From NCBI GenBank assembly GCA_035329105.1, contig DAOLHK010000001.1, positions 27,955 to 83,123 on the forward strand: a stretch of DNA of 55,169 bases, given 5' to 3'. Under the pieces are notes generated by a model. The model was not told where the DNA came from. It did not search any database and worked only from the letters and a program-made list of their open reading frames with translations. This stretch comes from Candidatus Saccharimonadota bacterium. Its GTDB lineage: Bacteria; Patescibacteriota; Saccharimonadia; CAILAD01; BJGX01. A program made the position numbers and the translations under genes. This document shows positions 9,161 to 20,247 of the stretch, piece by piece. Position 1 is the first letter of the stretch. Every line of letters begins with the position of its first letter.

Positions 9161-10384
9161 TTATAACACTTCGGCGCCATAGTATTTTTGTAATACTTCC
9201 GGGATCTTCACAGTACCATCAACTTGCTGATAATTTTCAAGTATTGCTATTGTCATCCGACTACTAACTACGGTGGTACCATTGAGGGTGTGAACGTAGT
9301 CTAATTTACCATTCTCTGTGCGATACCTGATATTGAGATTACGTGCTTGAAAGTCCGTGCAATTACTACAGCTGGTCAACTCACGGTAGTCCTTCTCCGC
9401 GGGACTAAAGTATTCCAAATCATATTTTTCATATGCCGGAGTACTCATGTCTCCAGCCGCAATTCGTACCACACGATATGGTATATTCAATTCCTGGCAA
9501 ATTTTCTCTTCAATCTCGACTATCTTCTGAAGCCAATTATTACTTTGGTCTGGATGACAAAATACATACATCTCCAATTTTTCAAATTGATGGGTACGGT
9601 ACAACCCTTTGCTAAATTTACCGTATGCACCAGCCTCTAGACGATAGCTCGGACTTAAACCTGCGTATAGCTTGGGCTCCGCTAGGTCCAAAACATCATC
9701 CTTGTGATATCCGGTTATTGGTATCTCGGAGGTAGCTATCAGCACCAATTTCTGATCACTATCGATATAGTTTTGATTTTCTTCACCCCTAGGCATATAA
9801 CCAGTACCGGATGCTACATCGTAATTCACCATATGCGGTACACCCATCATTTCAAAACCTTCTTTTCTAACGATATTTTGTGCGAATAATTCGATTGCTT
9901 GCCACAGACGCAGCATTTTATCTTTTGTGAAATAAAATTTCGCTCCAGATACTTTTGCGCCAGCTTCAAAATCAAATAAATTATTAATCTCGCCAAGTTC
10001 TACATGATCTCTAGCTTCAAACTGCAATTCAGTCTTACCCCATCTACGCTCCTCTCTATTGTTATTTTCATCGCCATCCGGAGTATCGTTGGCTAACAGA
10101 TTGGGAACTTGACTTAAGATATCGTGGTATTTTGAAGTAATTTTATCTAAATTCTTACTGATAGATTCATATTCTTTTTTCTTAACTTTCAATGCTTCTA
10201 GCTCTTCTTCCGTTGGCTTGCCATCAATCTTGAGTTGAGATCTTAATGTCTCAGATTTTTGGATAAGTTCAGCCCTGTCTCTATCTAACTTTAGTAATTC
10301 TTCAATGTCTACTTCGACACCTCTTCGCACAGCACTCTCTTGATATGGCTGTGAGTTTTCACGTAATTTCTTGATATCTATCAT
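9161..10384 (-). CDS. serS: Seryl-tRNA synthetase
   Basis: 407 aa. N-terminal coiled-coil arm plus class II core (RTHQFEKLE, GTTVVSSRMTIAILENYQ). Confidence 0.95.
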   Translation of the reverse strand: MIDIKKLRENSQPYQESAVRRGVEVDIEELLKLDRDRAELIQKSETLRSQLKIDGKPTEEELEALKVKKKEYESISKNLDKITSKYHDILSQVPNLLANDTPDGDENNNREERRWGKTELQFEARDHVELGEINNLFDFEAGAKVSGAKFYFTKDKMLRLWQAIELFAQNIVRKEGFEMMGVPHMVNYDVASGTGYMPRGEENQNYIDSDQKLVLIATSEIPITGYHKDDVLDLAEPKLYAGLSPSYRLEAGAYGKFSKGLYRTHQFEKLEMYVFCHPDQSNNWLQKIVEIEEKICQELNIPYRVVRIAAGDMSTPAYEKYDLEYFSPAEKDYRELTSCSNCTDFQARNLNIRYRTENGKLDYVHTLNGTTVVSSRMTIAILENYQQVDGTVKIPEVLQKYYGAEVL

Positions 10385-11904
10385 TTGAGCTCCTCATCGA
10401 TAGTAAATTCAATCGGGTCTATTTCTTCTGGTCGGAGTGTAGGGAACAATATTACATCCTTGATGGCTGGTTGGTCCGCCAAAAATGATACAAATCTATC
10501 AATTCCCATACCCCAACCTGCAGTAGGCGGTAAGCCGATCTCTAACGCTCGGATATAGTCATAATCCAGCGGCTGAGCTTCTTCACTCTCGCCCTTATCG
10601 AGAGCTGACTGCTCGGTTTGCAATCTTTGTAATTGGTCTATCGGGTCATTGAGCTCATTATAAGCTTTGATAAGCTCAAAACCAGCACAGACCAGTTGCA
10701 TGCTGGCAATATGACTAGGCTTATCTTTCTTACGTTTGGCGAGGGGGATCATCTCGGCAGGATAATCTAATAGAAAAATTGGGTCAGTAATTTTTTCACG
10801 ACATGTTTGCTTGTAAAATTCATCAAACAAATCCTTCATGGGCGGATTAGTACTAAGATCAATTTTTAATTTACGCTTCTTAAATTCTTCAATTAGTTCA
10901 TCGCGCGTTACTTTTTCATAATTGATACCGGTCTCCTCCAGCACCAACTCATTGAGGGTAACCCTGCGGTATGGTGGTTTGAAATTTAGTTCTTGACCTT
11001 GATAGCTAAATTTCAATTGTCCATGGGTAGCCATTAAAACTTCAGAAATCATCTGTTCTGTAAGAAGCATCAAATCTTCATAGTTTGCATAGGCTTGATA
11101 CAATTCCAGCATCGTAAATTCAGGATTGTGGCTTCTATCGATTCCTTCATTCCGGAAATCTCGCGAAAACTCAAACACTCTTTCAAATCCTGCTACAATT
11201 GCTCGTTTGAGATATAACTCATTACTTATTCGCAGGTACAAATCTGACTCAAGTTTGTGATGATATGTAGTAAATGGTCTTGCGCTGGCGCCACCGTATA
11301 GTGGCTGCAATACTGGGGTCTCTAGCTCAATAAAACCGCGCGTAATTAGAAATTGGCGAATAACCTCTGTTACCTTGCTACGCATCTCAATATGTCTTTT
11401 TACTTCGGGGTTAATATGCAAGTCAATATACCTTTGCCTGTATCGACGCTCAACGTCTTTGAAGCCCTCATGTATATCAGGCATAGGTCGCAAGCTTTTT
11501 GCCAGAAATGTAATATTTTGAGCAAATACACTGACCTCTCCAGCATTTGTCTTTTGCAGAGCACCTGAAGCTTGTATGAAATCACCATTGTCTAATAACT
11601 TGAGCTGAGCAAAATCAAGTTGATTGCTTTTGGTATCAACATCAAGAGATTTCTTATTGATAACTGCCTGTATTTTACCCGACTCGTCTGTAATATCTAT
11701 AAAACACATCCCTCCCATCAAACGTATACTAGTAATTCTGCCGACTACTTTTACATCGCTGCCTTCGCGCTTATCAAATTCTTCTACCAATACCAAATTA
11801 TGGGCCGTTCGCTCACCCGCTTGTGGATATGGATCAATTCCGGCCCTTTTAAGGGCAGATAATTTATGGAGACGTTCGTCTCGTAGTTCTTTAAGATTAG
11901 CCAT
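10381..11904 (-). CDS. lysS: Lysyl-tRNA synthetase, class II
   Basis: 507 aa. OB-fold N-domain, FRNEGIDRSHNPEFTMLE and GMGIDRFV. 4-nt ATGA overlap with serS. Confidence 0.95.
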   Translation of the reverse strand: MANLKELRDERLHKLSALKRAGIDPYPQAGERTAHNLVLVEEFDKREGSDVKVVGRITSIRLMGGMCFIDITDESGKIQAVINKKSLDVDTKSNQLDFAQLKLLDNGDFIQASGALQKTNAGEVSVFAQNITFLAKSLRPMPDIHEGFKDVERRYRQRYIDLHINPEVKRHIEMRSKVTEVIRQFLITRGFIELETPVLQPLYGGASARPFTTYHHKLESDLYLRISNELYLKRAIVAGFERVFEFSRDFRNEGIDRSHNPEFTMLELYQAYANYEDLMLLTEQMISEVLMATHGQLKFSYQGQELNFKPPYRRVTLNELVLEETGINYEKVTRDELIEEFKKRKLKIDLSTNPPMKDLFDEFYKQTCREKITDPIFLLDYPAEMIPLAKRKKDKPSHIASMQLVCAGFELIKAYNELNDPIDQLQRLQTEQSALDKGESEEAQPLDYDYIRALEIGLPPTAGWGMGIDRFVSFLADQPAIKDVILFPTLRPEEIDPIEFTIDEELK

Positions 11905-11954
11905 ACTTTATAGTATACCGTCTTTGGGGCCACATTTAAATGCCGCAAAGTTTG

Positions 11955-12416
11955 TTATGCAACAGCGATTATTTTGTAGGCAATTGTGCCGGCTGGCACT
12001 TCTACCTCTGCAGTATCGCCAACTTTTTTCCCGAGTAGTGCTTGACCAATCGGAGACTCGTCGGAGATTTTACCGCTATCTGGATCTGCTTCGGTGCTTC
12101 CTACTATATGGAACATCTGCTTACCAGAATCAATCTCTACATGTACTTTCGATCCTACGGTAACAGTATCGCCGCCGTTATTTTTTATAGTCTTAGCTCT
12201 TTTGAGTATATTTTCAATTTCGGCTATACGACCCTCAACAAATCCTTGGCGCTCTTTGGCATCGTCCCAGCTAGAATTCTCGCTAAGATCACCTTGTTCT
12301 TTGGCTTCTTTTAACGATTTAGCTATTTCTTTGCGTTTATTTTTAGTTAGGTCTTCAAGCTCTAGCTTGAGATCTTTGATACCCTCTGGTGTTAAGTAAA
12401 AATCTTGTTGTTTCAT
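11955..12416 (-). CDS. greA: Transcription elongation factor GreA
   Basis: 153 aa. N-terminal coiled coil with the acidic tip region and a C-terminal globular domain (ISDESPIGQALLGKKVGD). Confidence 0.93.
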   Translation of the reverse strand: MKQQDFYLTPEGIKDLKLELEDLTKNKRKEIAKSLKEAKEQGDLSENSSWDDAKERQGFVEGRIAEIENILKRAKTIKNNGGDTVTVGSKVHVEIDSGKQMFHIVGSTEADPDSGKISDESPIGQALLGKKVGDTAEVEVPAGTIAYKIIAVA

Positions 12417-12601
12417 AATTTTATTTCCTCCCTCTCTGGAATCTCAGTATGATTTTGAGTATAATATCCCCAAGAAAAATGACCCCTTGTTTGACTTATT
12501 TTGACAAACGCTAAGGCCGATAATTTGTTGGAAAAATTCCTGTTTAGTTTGTTTTTATTCTCTCAAATATGACATATGGTGTCAAGTCCATGTACATACA
12601 A

Positions 12602-14578
12602 TTAATTGCGAAGGCTAGAAAAATACCATTTGAGGATGTTTTTTGCAGCTGGTAATGCAAATTCTGATCCTTCTCCAGCATTTTCCACCATGACCACTAA
12701 AGCTATTTTGGGGTTCTCTGCAGGAGCATAAGCTGTAAACCAAGCATGTGCTTTGGTACGAGGATTCTTTCCATCAAATCCTTCTGAGCTAGTTTCGGCG
12801 GTACCTGTTTTACCAGCCACTTTTACAGGTATCTCTTGTTTGATGGAGCAACATCCCGTACCAGACTCGACTACCCCCTCCATGCCTTGCTGGACTAGCT
12901 TGATATTGGCAGGACTTGCGATGCCACTAACTACTGCTTCTGGATCCACATTGCGTACCGTCTGTCCAGTATCGTTTTTGATAGCCGATACAAAACGTGG
13001 TTCATATAGAGTTCCGCCATTGGCAACTGCGGCTGTAGCCATGGCCAGCTGGATTGGTGTAGCTTTCATATCGCCTTGGCCAATCGATATATTGTATGTA
13101 TCACCAACAGTCCACTGCTCCTTAGAGTATGTTTTTTTATTATCTGGCGTAGGGACAAATCCCTTGGCACCTTCGCCGATATCAGATCCTGTAGGCTTAC
13201 CAAAACCAAATTTTTTATACCAATCAGTTAGCTTGGTGGGTCCGATGCCTTTAACTCCCTGATATCCACCGCCCAATATGTAATAGTAAATGTCCGAACT
13301 CCAACTAATAGCTCTAAATAGATTCACTACCCCTAGTCCTTCAGGTTTCCACCCCTTGTAGGTATAGACTATTGAAGGATTATATTGATTGGGAACTTCT
13401 ATCTTTCCCTTATCTACAACCGAAGTATTGGCGTTGATTGCTCCTTCTTGCAAACCAGCAATAGAAATAAAGGGCTTCACAGTGGAACCTATCGGATACT
13501 CTCCTGAATTTACTCTATTAAATAATGGCTTGGCTGGATCATTTAAAAGATTTTGGTAATCATTTTGACTAATACCATTGGCAAAAAGATTGCCATCGTA
13601 GCTTGGGTAGTTGACAGCTCCCAACACTTGCCCATTGCGCGGATCTACCGCTACCGCTACCCCAGCCTTGCTTCCAGCGGATTCAACTGCGGATTTTACA
13701 CTTTGTTGCATTACATCCTGCAATGGCTTATCAATACTCAACACCACACTATTGCCAGGCTTTGGCTCAACTCTCGCCAATGCACGTACTGGCAAACCAG
13801 TAGCATCTACTTCTGTCTGTTCTTTACCATATACTCCTCTGAGGTCTGATTCATAGGCCTTCTCAAGTCCTGTTTTACCAATCATATCGATTGGTCGATA
13901 TTCAGGATTGGCTTCAAACTCCTCAGCTGATATTCTACCTATATACCCCAGGAATGGCGCCAACCCTCCTCCATCTAGATACTCTCTTGTAGGATTAGTA
14001 TCTATGTTAAACCCAGTAAGTTCACTATGACGTTCTTCGATATTAAGAGCGGTGTCACGACTGATGTTGTCAACTACTACTATTGGTAAGCTATATCGCA
14101 ATGTTTTTGATTCAGCAATAGATTGAACCTCTTGTGGCGTTTTATTTGCTAGTGCGGCAATAATATCATATGTTGTCTTTCTTGATTGTTCATTTTGTGG
14201 TAGTTGAGCAGGTATAACTACTAAGTCAAAATGAGCGTTATTTCGCGCCAATATCAATCCATTCCTATCATATATAGCACCACGTGGAGCAGCAATAGCA
14301 TTATTTCGTATACGATTTCCACTAGCCAGCAAGCTATTTCTCTCTCCAGTAATTATTTGCAAATACGCCAATCGAGATATCATGACTGCACCAAGCAACA
14401 AAAATGCTAATGCCAATAAATAATAAATCCTCGATTTTATAGGTTCTTCAAGCTGAATCTTATCGTTACTACCAGAAAGTATCGCAGCAGACCAATCTTC
14501 TGCGGCCTGCATCCTCTGCTCTTTTTTTGAAGTTTGTAGCTTCAAAGTGTTATCGTAAAAATCCCCGAATATGTTCAT
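12602..14578 (-). CDS. mrdA: Penicillin-binding protein 2 (elongasome transpeptidase)
   Basis: 658 aa. N-terminal TM and transpeptidase motifs STVK (GSTVKPF) and KTGTA. 4-nt overlap with mreD. Confidence 0.9.
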   Translation of the reverse strand: MNIFGDFYDNTLKLQTSKKEQRMQAAEDWSAAILSGSNDKIQLEEPIKSRIYYLLALAFLLLGAVMISRLAYLQIITGERNSLLASGNRIRNNAIAAPRGAIYDRNGLILARNNAHFDLVVIPAQLPQNEQSRKTTYDIIAALANKTPQEVQSIAESKTLRYSLPIVVVDNISRDTALNIEERHSELTGFNIDTNPTREYLDGGGLAPFLGYIGRISAEEFEANPEYRPIDMIGKTGLEKAYESDLRGVYGKEQTEVDATGLPVRALARVEPKPGNSVVLSIDKPLQDVMQQSVKSAVESAGSKAGVAVAVDPRNGQVLGAVNYPSYDGNLFANGISQNDYQNLLNDPAKPLFNRVNSGEYPIGSTVKPFISIAGLQEGAINANTSVVDKGKIEVPNQYNPSIVYTYKGWKPEGLGVVNLFRAISWSSDIYYYILGGGYQGVKGIGPTKLTDWYKKFGFGKPTGSDIGEGAKGFVPTPDNKKTYSKEQWTVGDTYNISIGQGDMKATPIQLAMATAAVANGGTLYEPRFVSAIKNDTGQTVRNVDPEAVVSGIASPANIKLVQQGMEGVVESGTGCCSIKQEIPVKVAGKTGTAETSSEGFDGKNPRTKAHAWFTAYAPAENPKIALVVMVENAGEGSEFALPAAKNILKWYFSSLRN

Positions 14579-15099
14579 AGTCTATATTTATTAAATTTAA
14601 TTAAATTTTTATGCTGTAGTGATATTTGCATTCTCGAACCCTGCACTGCAAGATAGTACAAAACTATTGTCCATCCTATAGTAGCAACTAGCTGCAAACT
14701 TATTTGTGACAAATAGACGTTTAATCCAGCTAGCTGATCAGATGAAAAGACAGTAACAAAATTCAAAAACTCATAGAATATCACAAACAAACAAGTCAGC
14801 AATATTACAAGCGGTAGGCCAATCTCTCGTTTACCAAATTTCATTACTATTTTGCTAAATACTACAGTAAATATCAAAAAACTAATATTGAATCCGAATT
14901 CTTTACCACTTGCCATATCAAGTACAAATCCTGCTACCAGTGCCATATAAAGAAGCTGTTCTAGACTCAAAAAAAGTGAGAATACTATCAGTATTATTAC
15001 ACTTAGCGGTACTGCGAATACGAATCCAAAGCTTTGTGATACTATCACCTGCAATGTAGTTAATATCAATACTATCAACCATGACAAGAATGTTTTCAT
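14575..15099 (-). CDS. mreD: Rod shape-determining protein MreD (by position and topology)
   Basis: 174-aa polytopic membrane protein wedged between mreC and mrdA, with 4-nt overlaps on both sides. Confidence 0.6.
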   Translation of the reverse strand: MKTFLSWLIVLILTTLQVIVSQSFGFVFAVPLSVIILIVFSLFLSLEQLLYMALVAGFVLDMASGKEFGFNISFLIFTVVFSKIVMKFGKREIGLPLVILLTCLFVIFYEFLNFVTVFSSDQLAGLNVYLSQISLQLVATIGWTIVLYYLAVQGSRMQISLQHKNLIKFNKYRL

Positions 15100-15893
15100 T
15101 GTTTAAGTCCCGTTACTACAAATACCAATTCAAGCGAGTTGGTATTGACTAGTGGCTTGATGTTGGCAGACTGAAATACTGCGTTGTCTGACTTAGATAC
15201 TGAGTCCACAGTACCGATTAGTATACCTTGCGGGACTAGCCCAGAGCCTGCTGTTACGATTTGCTCCTTGAGAGAGATAGACTCATTTTGTGCTATCTTT
15301 TCAAACACATAGCCCCGACCTATCTGGCCACGAATGATTCCTTGAGCACGTCCGTCTTGTCCAATTCCTCGGATTCTAAAATCTGGGTCATTTATAAGCA
15401 ACACTTTAGAGCTATAATCATTTACTTCATCAATTGTACCGACTAATACTCCACTACTCACAACAGCTTGGCCTTTTTTTATACCACTAGCACCGCCCCG
15501 ATCGATAGTAAGAAACTGTCTCGTATTTTCAGGGTCTACACTTACCACTCTCGCCGGTGTAAGTTCTAGATTGAGCCTAGAATTGAAGTTTAGTTGCGCT
15601 CGTAAGATGTCATTTTCTCTAGATATTTCCTTTAGTGAAGCAAGTTGTTGCCGCAATTCCAACTCTTGTGAGCGCAATTGTTTGTTTTGCTTATTCAATT
15701 CATTGATTGAGCTCAAGAAACTTACTTGTTCACCTATACCATTTCGAACCCGCACTAATTGTGCACCTATGGGGTTAGTAATTTGATCCAAGATTAGCTG
15801 AAACGGCCAGAAAAGTCCGGATATTTTTAACAGAATTATCATAAGAGCGATAATACTAACAGTGATTATTGGTATCAATACTTGTTTTTTCAT
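15096..15893 (-). CDS. mreC: Rod shape-determining protein MreC
   Basis: 265 aa. N-terminal TM, coiled coil (LRSQELELRQQLASLKE) and a beta-rich C-domain. Follows mreB. Confidence 0.85.
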   Translation of the reverse strand: MKKQVLIPIITVSIIALMIILLKISGLFWPFQLILDQITNPIGAQLVRVRNGIGEQVSFLSSINELNKQNKQLRSQELELRQQLASLKEISRENDILRAQLNFNSRLNLELTPARVVSVDPENTRQFLTIDRGGASGIKKGQAVVSSGVLVGTIDEVNDYSSKVLLINDPDFRIRGIGQDGRAQGIIRGQIGRGYVFEKIAQNESISLKEQIVTAGSGLVPQGILIGTVDSVSKSDNAVFQSANIKPLVNTNSLELVFVVTGLKQ

Positions 15894-15914
15894 ATCTTTC
15901 TAGCAGTCCCAGAA

Positions 15915-16967
15915 CTAATAAGGCACTTTTTCATATTGAGTAGTAACAAGCACATCTTTGAGACTATCAATATCCTCTAAGACCATGCCTGTACCTCTTA
16001 CCACGGCGGTCAAAGGATCATCCGATACATGCACTGGCATTTTGGTCTGATTGGACAACAATACATCTAATCCCCTCAAGAGTGCTCCTCCCCCTGCAAG
16101 ATATACACCTTTATCCATGATATCCGCAAGAAGTTCCGGTGGAGTCTCCTCAATAGTGTGCTTTACAGCATCAACTATAGCTCGTACGCTACGAGCCAGT
16201 GCTTTACGCACCTGATCGGAGTCAATTTTCAATTCCTTGGGTAATCCACTCACCATATCTCTACCACGTATTGGAGCATCCAATACTTTATCTAGTTTGG
16301 CAGCAGAGCCGATATTGATCTTGATAGATTCTGCAGTTCGCTCACCTATCTGCAAGCTAAATTCCTCTTTGGCATAAGCTATGATATCTTCGGTCAACTC
16401 ATCTCCAGCTATGCGGATGCTACGACTTGAAACAATTCCCCCAAGAGAAATAACTGCTACCTCAGAGGTACCACCACCGATATCTACTATCATACTTCCT
16501 GCAGCATCGTGGACTGGCAAATTACTGCCCACTGCAGCGGCCATTGGTTCTTCTATCAAGAATGCCTGCCTAGCTCCGGCATTGGTGGCTGCATCTTCAA
16601 CAGCTCTTTTTTCTACCTCAGTAACTCCAGAAGGTATACCTATCACCACTCTTGGCCGTGGGAAAAGTACAAAACTTTCTTTGTGAACTTTTTCGATAAA
16701 ATATCTTAGCATTTGCTCGGTGATTTCAAAATCACTTACTACCCCATCGACCAATGGCCGCGTAGCAATAATATTGGCAGGGGTCTTGCCTACCATTCGC
16801 TTGGCTTCATCTCCGATAGCCAGTATTTGCTTGTTCTTGGTATTTATAGCGACTACTGATGGCTCATTGATCATGATACCTTTACCCCGCACATATACCA
16901 AAGTATTGGCCGTACCTAGGTCAATACCAATATCGTGACTAAAATTACCTAAAATTGAATTAATCAT
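15915..16967 (-). CDS. mreB: Actin-like rod shape protein MreB
   Basis: 350 aa. Actin-fold phosphate motifs IGIDLGTANTLV and DIGGGTSEVAV. Confidence 0.97.
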   Translation of the reverse strand: MINSILGNFSHDIGIDLGTANTLVYVRGKGIMINEPSVVAINTKNKQILAIGDEAKRMVGKTPANIIATRPLVDGVVSDFEITEQMLRYFIEKVHKESFVLFPRPRVVIGIPSGVTEVEKRAVEDAATNAGARQAFLIEEPMAAAVGSNLPVHDAAGSMIVDIGGGTSEVAVISLGGIVSSRSIRIAGDELTEDIIAYAKEEFSLQIGERTAESIKINIGSAAKLDKVLDAPIRGRDMVSGLPKELKIDSDQVRKALARSVRAIVDAVKHTIEETPPELLADIMDKGVYLAGGGALLRGLDVLLSNQTKMPVHVSDDPLTAVVRGTGMVLEDIDSLKDVLVTTQYEKVPY

Positions 16968-17102
16968 ATTATTAGTGTACCAAGCAAAGTTGCTTGCTAC
17001 TAGGTGTTATTGGCTCTTTTGTGCGGATATAAATGCAAAATTAATATCTTATATCGAAAATGAGTTTGTGATATATATCTCAGTCAAAATTTCTCAAGTG
17101 GT

Positions 17103-17837
17103 TTATTTTATCAGGCCAGCTATCAAGCTAAATGCAACAGCATTATTGATGATGTGAAATATTATACCGGGCACAATACTTTTGAGTCTGATATACATCA
17201 CGCATAATACACAGCCTAGAATAAATGTATAAATCATCACATTATACTGTCCGTGTAATACCGCAAATACCATACTTGATCCAGCTATCCCGATGATCCA
17301 ACCGAATCTCTTGGTGACCGCTGGAAAGATTATCCCGCGGAAATACAATTCCTCAATAATCGGTATTACTATGACAGTAAAGGCAAAACTTACCCACAGC
17401 CCCCAGCCAATTTTGCCAAATTCAAATCCCACCTCCTGAGATTGATTTGGATCAATACTTGGAGCTATCATGACAACAAGTACGAATGCAATACTTACTA
17501 GTATTAAGAATACTACAATACCTCCTACAATATATCCGATAGCTTTTAACACTGAAAATTTTCTAATACCTATATCAGATAGTTTGAGTCTGTATTTTTT
17601 TAGCAACCATATGATAAGTCCTACTTCGGTCAGTACTGTAACACCCGATAATATACTAGTGACTAAAGTATCTTCGTTTTTGATAGCTTCGCGAAAACTT
17701 TCAGGCAGTATTCCAAATCTCGATAATACAATCATTGAAATGAAAAAAAGTGTCGGTATCAAGAAGGTCAGAATGAGTAATCTCAATACATCTCGGACAC
17801 CCCATGGTACTTTTGCAATAGTTATATCTTTGCGCAT
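17103..17837 (-). CDS. CPBP (CAAX-type) intramembrane metalloprotease family protein
   Basis: 244-aa polytopic protein with the EELYFRG, FAVLHG and HIINN motifs. Confidence 0.85.
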   Translation of the reverse strand: MRKDITIAKVPWGVRDVLRLLILTFLIPTLFFISMIVLSRFGILPESFREAIKNEDTLVTSILSGVTVLTEVGLIIWLLKKYRLKLSDIGIRKFSVLKAIGYIVGGIVVFLILVSIAFVLVVMIAPSIDPNQSQEVGFEFGKIGWGLWVSFAFTVIVIPIIEELYFRGIIFPAVTKRFGWIIGIAGSSMVFAVLHGQYNVMIYTFILGCVLCVMYIRLKSIVPGIIFHIINNAVAFSLIAGLIK

Positions 17838-17855
17838 AGCCTAAATCAGTATTCC

Positions 17856-18941
17856 TTAGAGTAACTTGGATATGTCTGAGATACTTATTATTATCATCAG
17901 TCCGATAAGCGCGACGAAACCAATGATATGAACGAAATTTTCTTTTTCAGGCGTGATCTTTAGACCCATTTTTTGCAATATCAAAATAAATTGCCTACCG
18001 CCATCTAGTGCCGGTAGAGGTAATGCATTGATGACTGCTAGACTCAAAGATATTGATGCGATAAACAGCAAAATAAAGCGCGGGCCAAAATTGACCACTT
18101 GAGAAAACACGGAAACTATTCCGATAGGACCAGCTACTTGCTCGCTTACCTGACCTCGCGTGAAAATACCAAGTATCAGATTTCCAAATGCAGCCAGAGT
18201 AGCAACTACTAGCATCGCCATTATATAAAGTGCCGCAATAGGAGCTGCCCACCAACTATAGCGCTGCAAACTTATTTGCTGAGCACTGATGCCGAGTATC
18301 CCAGTTTGCTCATCGTTTCCAAGCGTCACAGAGTATTGCTTGGTGGCACCATTTTGTTTGACTGTAATTTCTACTGTTTTACCAGCATTTTGCTTGGTAA
18401 ATGACCGGAGTTCATCATTGTTTGTAAATTTTTGAGAATTAATCGAAAGGATGTTATCACCTTGTTTGATACCAGCTTTTTCAGCCGCACTGTTTTTCGT
18501 GACATTAAGTACAGTAAGCTCACTTGTTTCTATTGTGCTAGGCTTGATCGGTCCAAAGCTAGGCAACTGTTGGCCAATTGGGGGCATGCCTATCCAGAGT
18601 AAAACTGTAAATATCACATATGCTATCAAGAAGTTGACGACCACTCCGGCCATGATGATCTTGGTCTTTGATCTAAAGCTAGCACTGGCAAAACTACCTT
18701 TGCCTGTAACCGAGCCATCCTCTCCGCGCAGCCTTACAAATCCTCCTATCGGCAAGGCATTGATGCTATAAATAGTGCCGCCTTTTTTTCTATAAAATAC
18801 TTTGGGTGGAAATCCTATACCAAATTCATCTACCTTGACTCCATTGCGTCTAGCAGTAACAAAGTGACCATATTCGTGCGCTATCACTAAAAGCGAAAAG
18901 ACTATTATGACTCCGATGATACTTAGTATCAAAACTATCAT
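17856..18941 (-). CDS. rseP: Site-2 protease RseP (M50 family)
   Basis: 361 aa. HEYGH in the first TM, a PDZ-like middle and NALPLPALDGG near the C-terminus. Confidence 0.9.
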   Translation of the reverse strand: MIVLILSIIGVIIVFSLLVIAHEYGHFVTARRNGVKVDEFGIGFPPKVFYRKKGGTIYSINALPIGGFVRLRGEDGSVTGKGSFASASFRSKTKIIMAGVVVNFLIAYVIFTVLLWIGMPPIGQQLPSFGPIKPSTIETSELTVLNVTKNSAAEKAGIKQGDNILSINSQKFTNNDELRSFTKQNAGKTVEITVKQNGATKQYSVTLGNDEQTGILGISAQQISLQRYSWWAAPIAALYIMAMLVVATLAAFGNLILGIFTRGQVSEQVAGPIGIVSVFSQVVNFGPRFILLFIASISLSLAVINALPLPALDGGRQFILILQKMGLKITPEKENFVHIIGFVALIGLMIIISISDISKLL

Positions 18942-19630
18942 GAGCCAAAGCGCCTTTTACGCTTAGTGTAGTCACTCAATACATTATCTAGATCATTATC
19001 ATTGAAGTCAGGCCACAATTTATCTACAAAACTGAGTTCTGAGTATGCACTATCCCAGAGCAAGAAATTACTCAAGCGCTTCTCGCCAGAGGTCCGAACG
19101 ATTAGATCAGGGGCAGGAATATCTGCGGTGTATAAACTGCTCTTAATGAGTTCTTCATCAATATTTTCAGTTTTTACTCCTTGACCTACGATTTTTTTGA
19201 CAGCATCTACTATCTCATTGCGACCACCATAGTTAAAACAACCTATAAAAGTACCTGCAGTATTGTCTTTGGTCAATTCTTCAGCTTTCTCAATTAATTT
19301 TACTAGTTTTTTATCTAGTTTCTCTCTCGAACCAATGATCTTGAGTCTGACATTCTTGGCATGCAATTCCTTGGCATCTTTCAATATGACTCGCAATGTC
19401 AAGCTCATCAGATAGCTCACCTCCTCATTGCTCCTTCGCCAATTCTCAGTAGAAAAAAGATAACAGCTCATGTAAGAGATGCCTTTTTCCCAGCAAGATT
19501 CGGCTATTTTTTTGAGATTCTTATAGCCAGCCATATGCCCTTCGATAGTCTTGAGCCCATGCTGCTTTGCCCAACGTCTATTACCGTCTAGAATAAATCC
19601 GATGTGATCTAAGGGTGGTTTTTGTGTCAT
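18938..19630 (-). CDS. uppS: Undecaprenyl diphosphate synthase
   Basis: 230 aa. GFILDGNRRWA motif. 4-nt overlap with rseP. Confidence 0.95.
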   Translation of the reverse strand: MTQKPPLDHIGFILDGNRRWAKQHGLKTIEGHMAGYKNLKKIAESCWEKGISYMSCYLFSTENWRRSNEEVSYLMSLTLRVILKDAKELHAKNVRLKIIGSREKLDKKLVKLIEKAEELTKDNTAGTFIGCFNYGGRNEIVDAVKKIVGQGVKTENIDEELIKSSLYTADIPAPDLIVRTSGEKRLSNFLLWDSAYSELSFVDKLWPDFNDNDLDNVLSDYTKRKRRFGS

Positions 19631-19638
19631 AAAAAGTT

Positions 19639-20199
19639 TTAGGTCTTTAAAAGTTCAGCTTCTTTTTCGGCGATAGTATCATTGATCTGCTTTTGATATT
19701 TGTCTAGTAAGTTTGATATGTCTTTTTCAACTTTGGACAATTCGTCTTGGGACATGGTTTTGGCTTTTTCTGCCTTCTTGGCGTCGTTGATAGCTTCATG
19801 TCTAGCATTGCGCAAGCTAATATTGGCATTTTCTGCCTTTTCTCGAGTCAATTTGACCATTTGGTTTCTTGTTTCTTCGCTTAGAGTGGGTACATTGATA
19901 CGTACTACTCTCCCGTCACTACTAGGATTGAGACCCAGTGTATGATTCTCAGATATGGCTTTTTCGATAGCACTGATATTACTTACATCCCAGGGCTGTA
20001 TCTGTATAGTTTTGGCATCTGGTGTAGTAATAGTCGCTATAGTCTTGAGGGGAGATTCTTGTCCATACACATTGACCTTGATAGTATCTACCAATCCAGC
20101 ATTGGCACGACCAGATCGTACACCGGTAAGCTCTTCTTGCAGATGCTGCAAAGCAGCTTGCATCTTTGATTCTGCTGTTTTTATATATTGACCGTCCAT
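19639..20199 (-). CDS. frr: Ribosome recycling factor
   Basis: 186 aa. Typical RRF sequence (LTGVRSGRANAGLVDTIKV..). Confidence 0.95.
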   Translation of the reverse strand: MDGQYIKTAESKMQAALQHLQEELTGVRSGRANAGLVDTIKVNVYGQESPLKTIATITTPDAKTIQIQPWDVSNISAIEKAISENHTLGLNPSSDGRVVRINVPTLSEETRNQMVKLTREKAENANISLRNARHEAINDAKKAEKAKTMSQDELSKVEKDISNLLDKYQKQINDTIAEKEAELLKT

Positions 20200-20247
20200 A
20201 TGAATGTTTCTATTATAACCTGTCTTAAAAAATACACCAATTTATAT

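Noticed and set aside
10381-10384. Stop-codon reassignment (UGA as sense), as in some CPR lineages
   Set aside because: TGA terminates conserved genes at the expected length (for example lysS at 10381-10383, within the ATGA overlap). All housekeeping ORFs are full length under the standard code.
11624-13262. Long antisense ORFs inside conserved genes, for example 11624..12163(+) 179 aa and 12753..13262(+) 169 aa, with many similar ones in secA, mreB, rseP and the ATPase
   Set aside because: They lie opposite clearly conserved genes, lack SDs and have low-complexity composition. I treated them as shadow ORFs.
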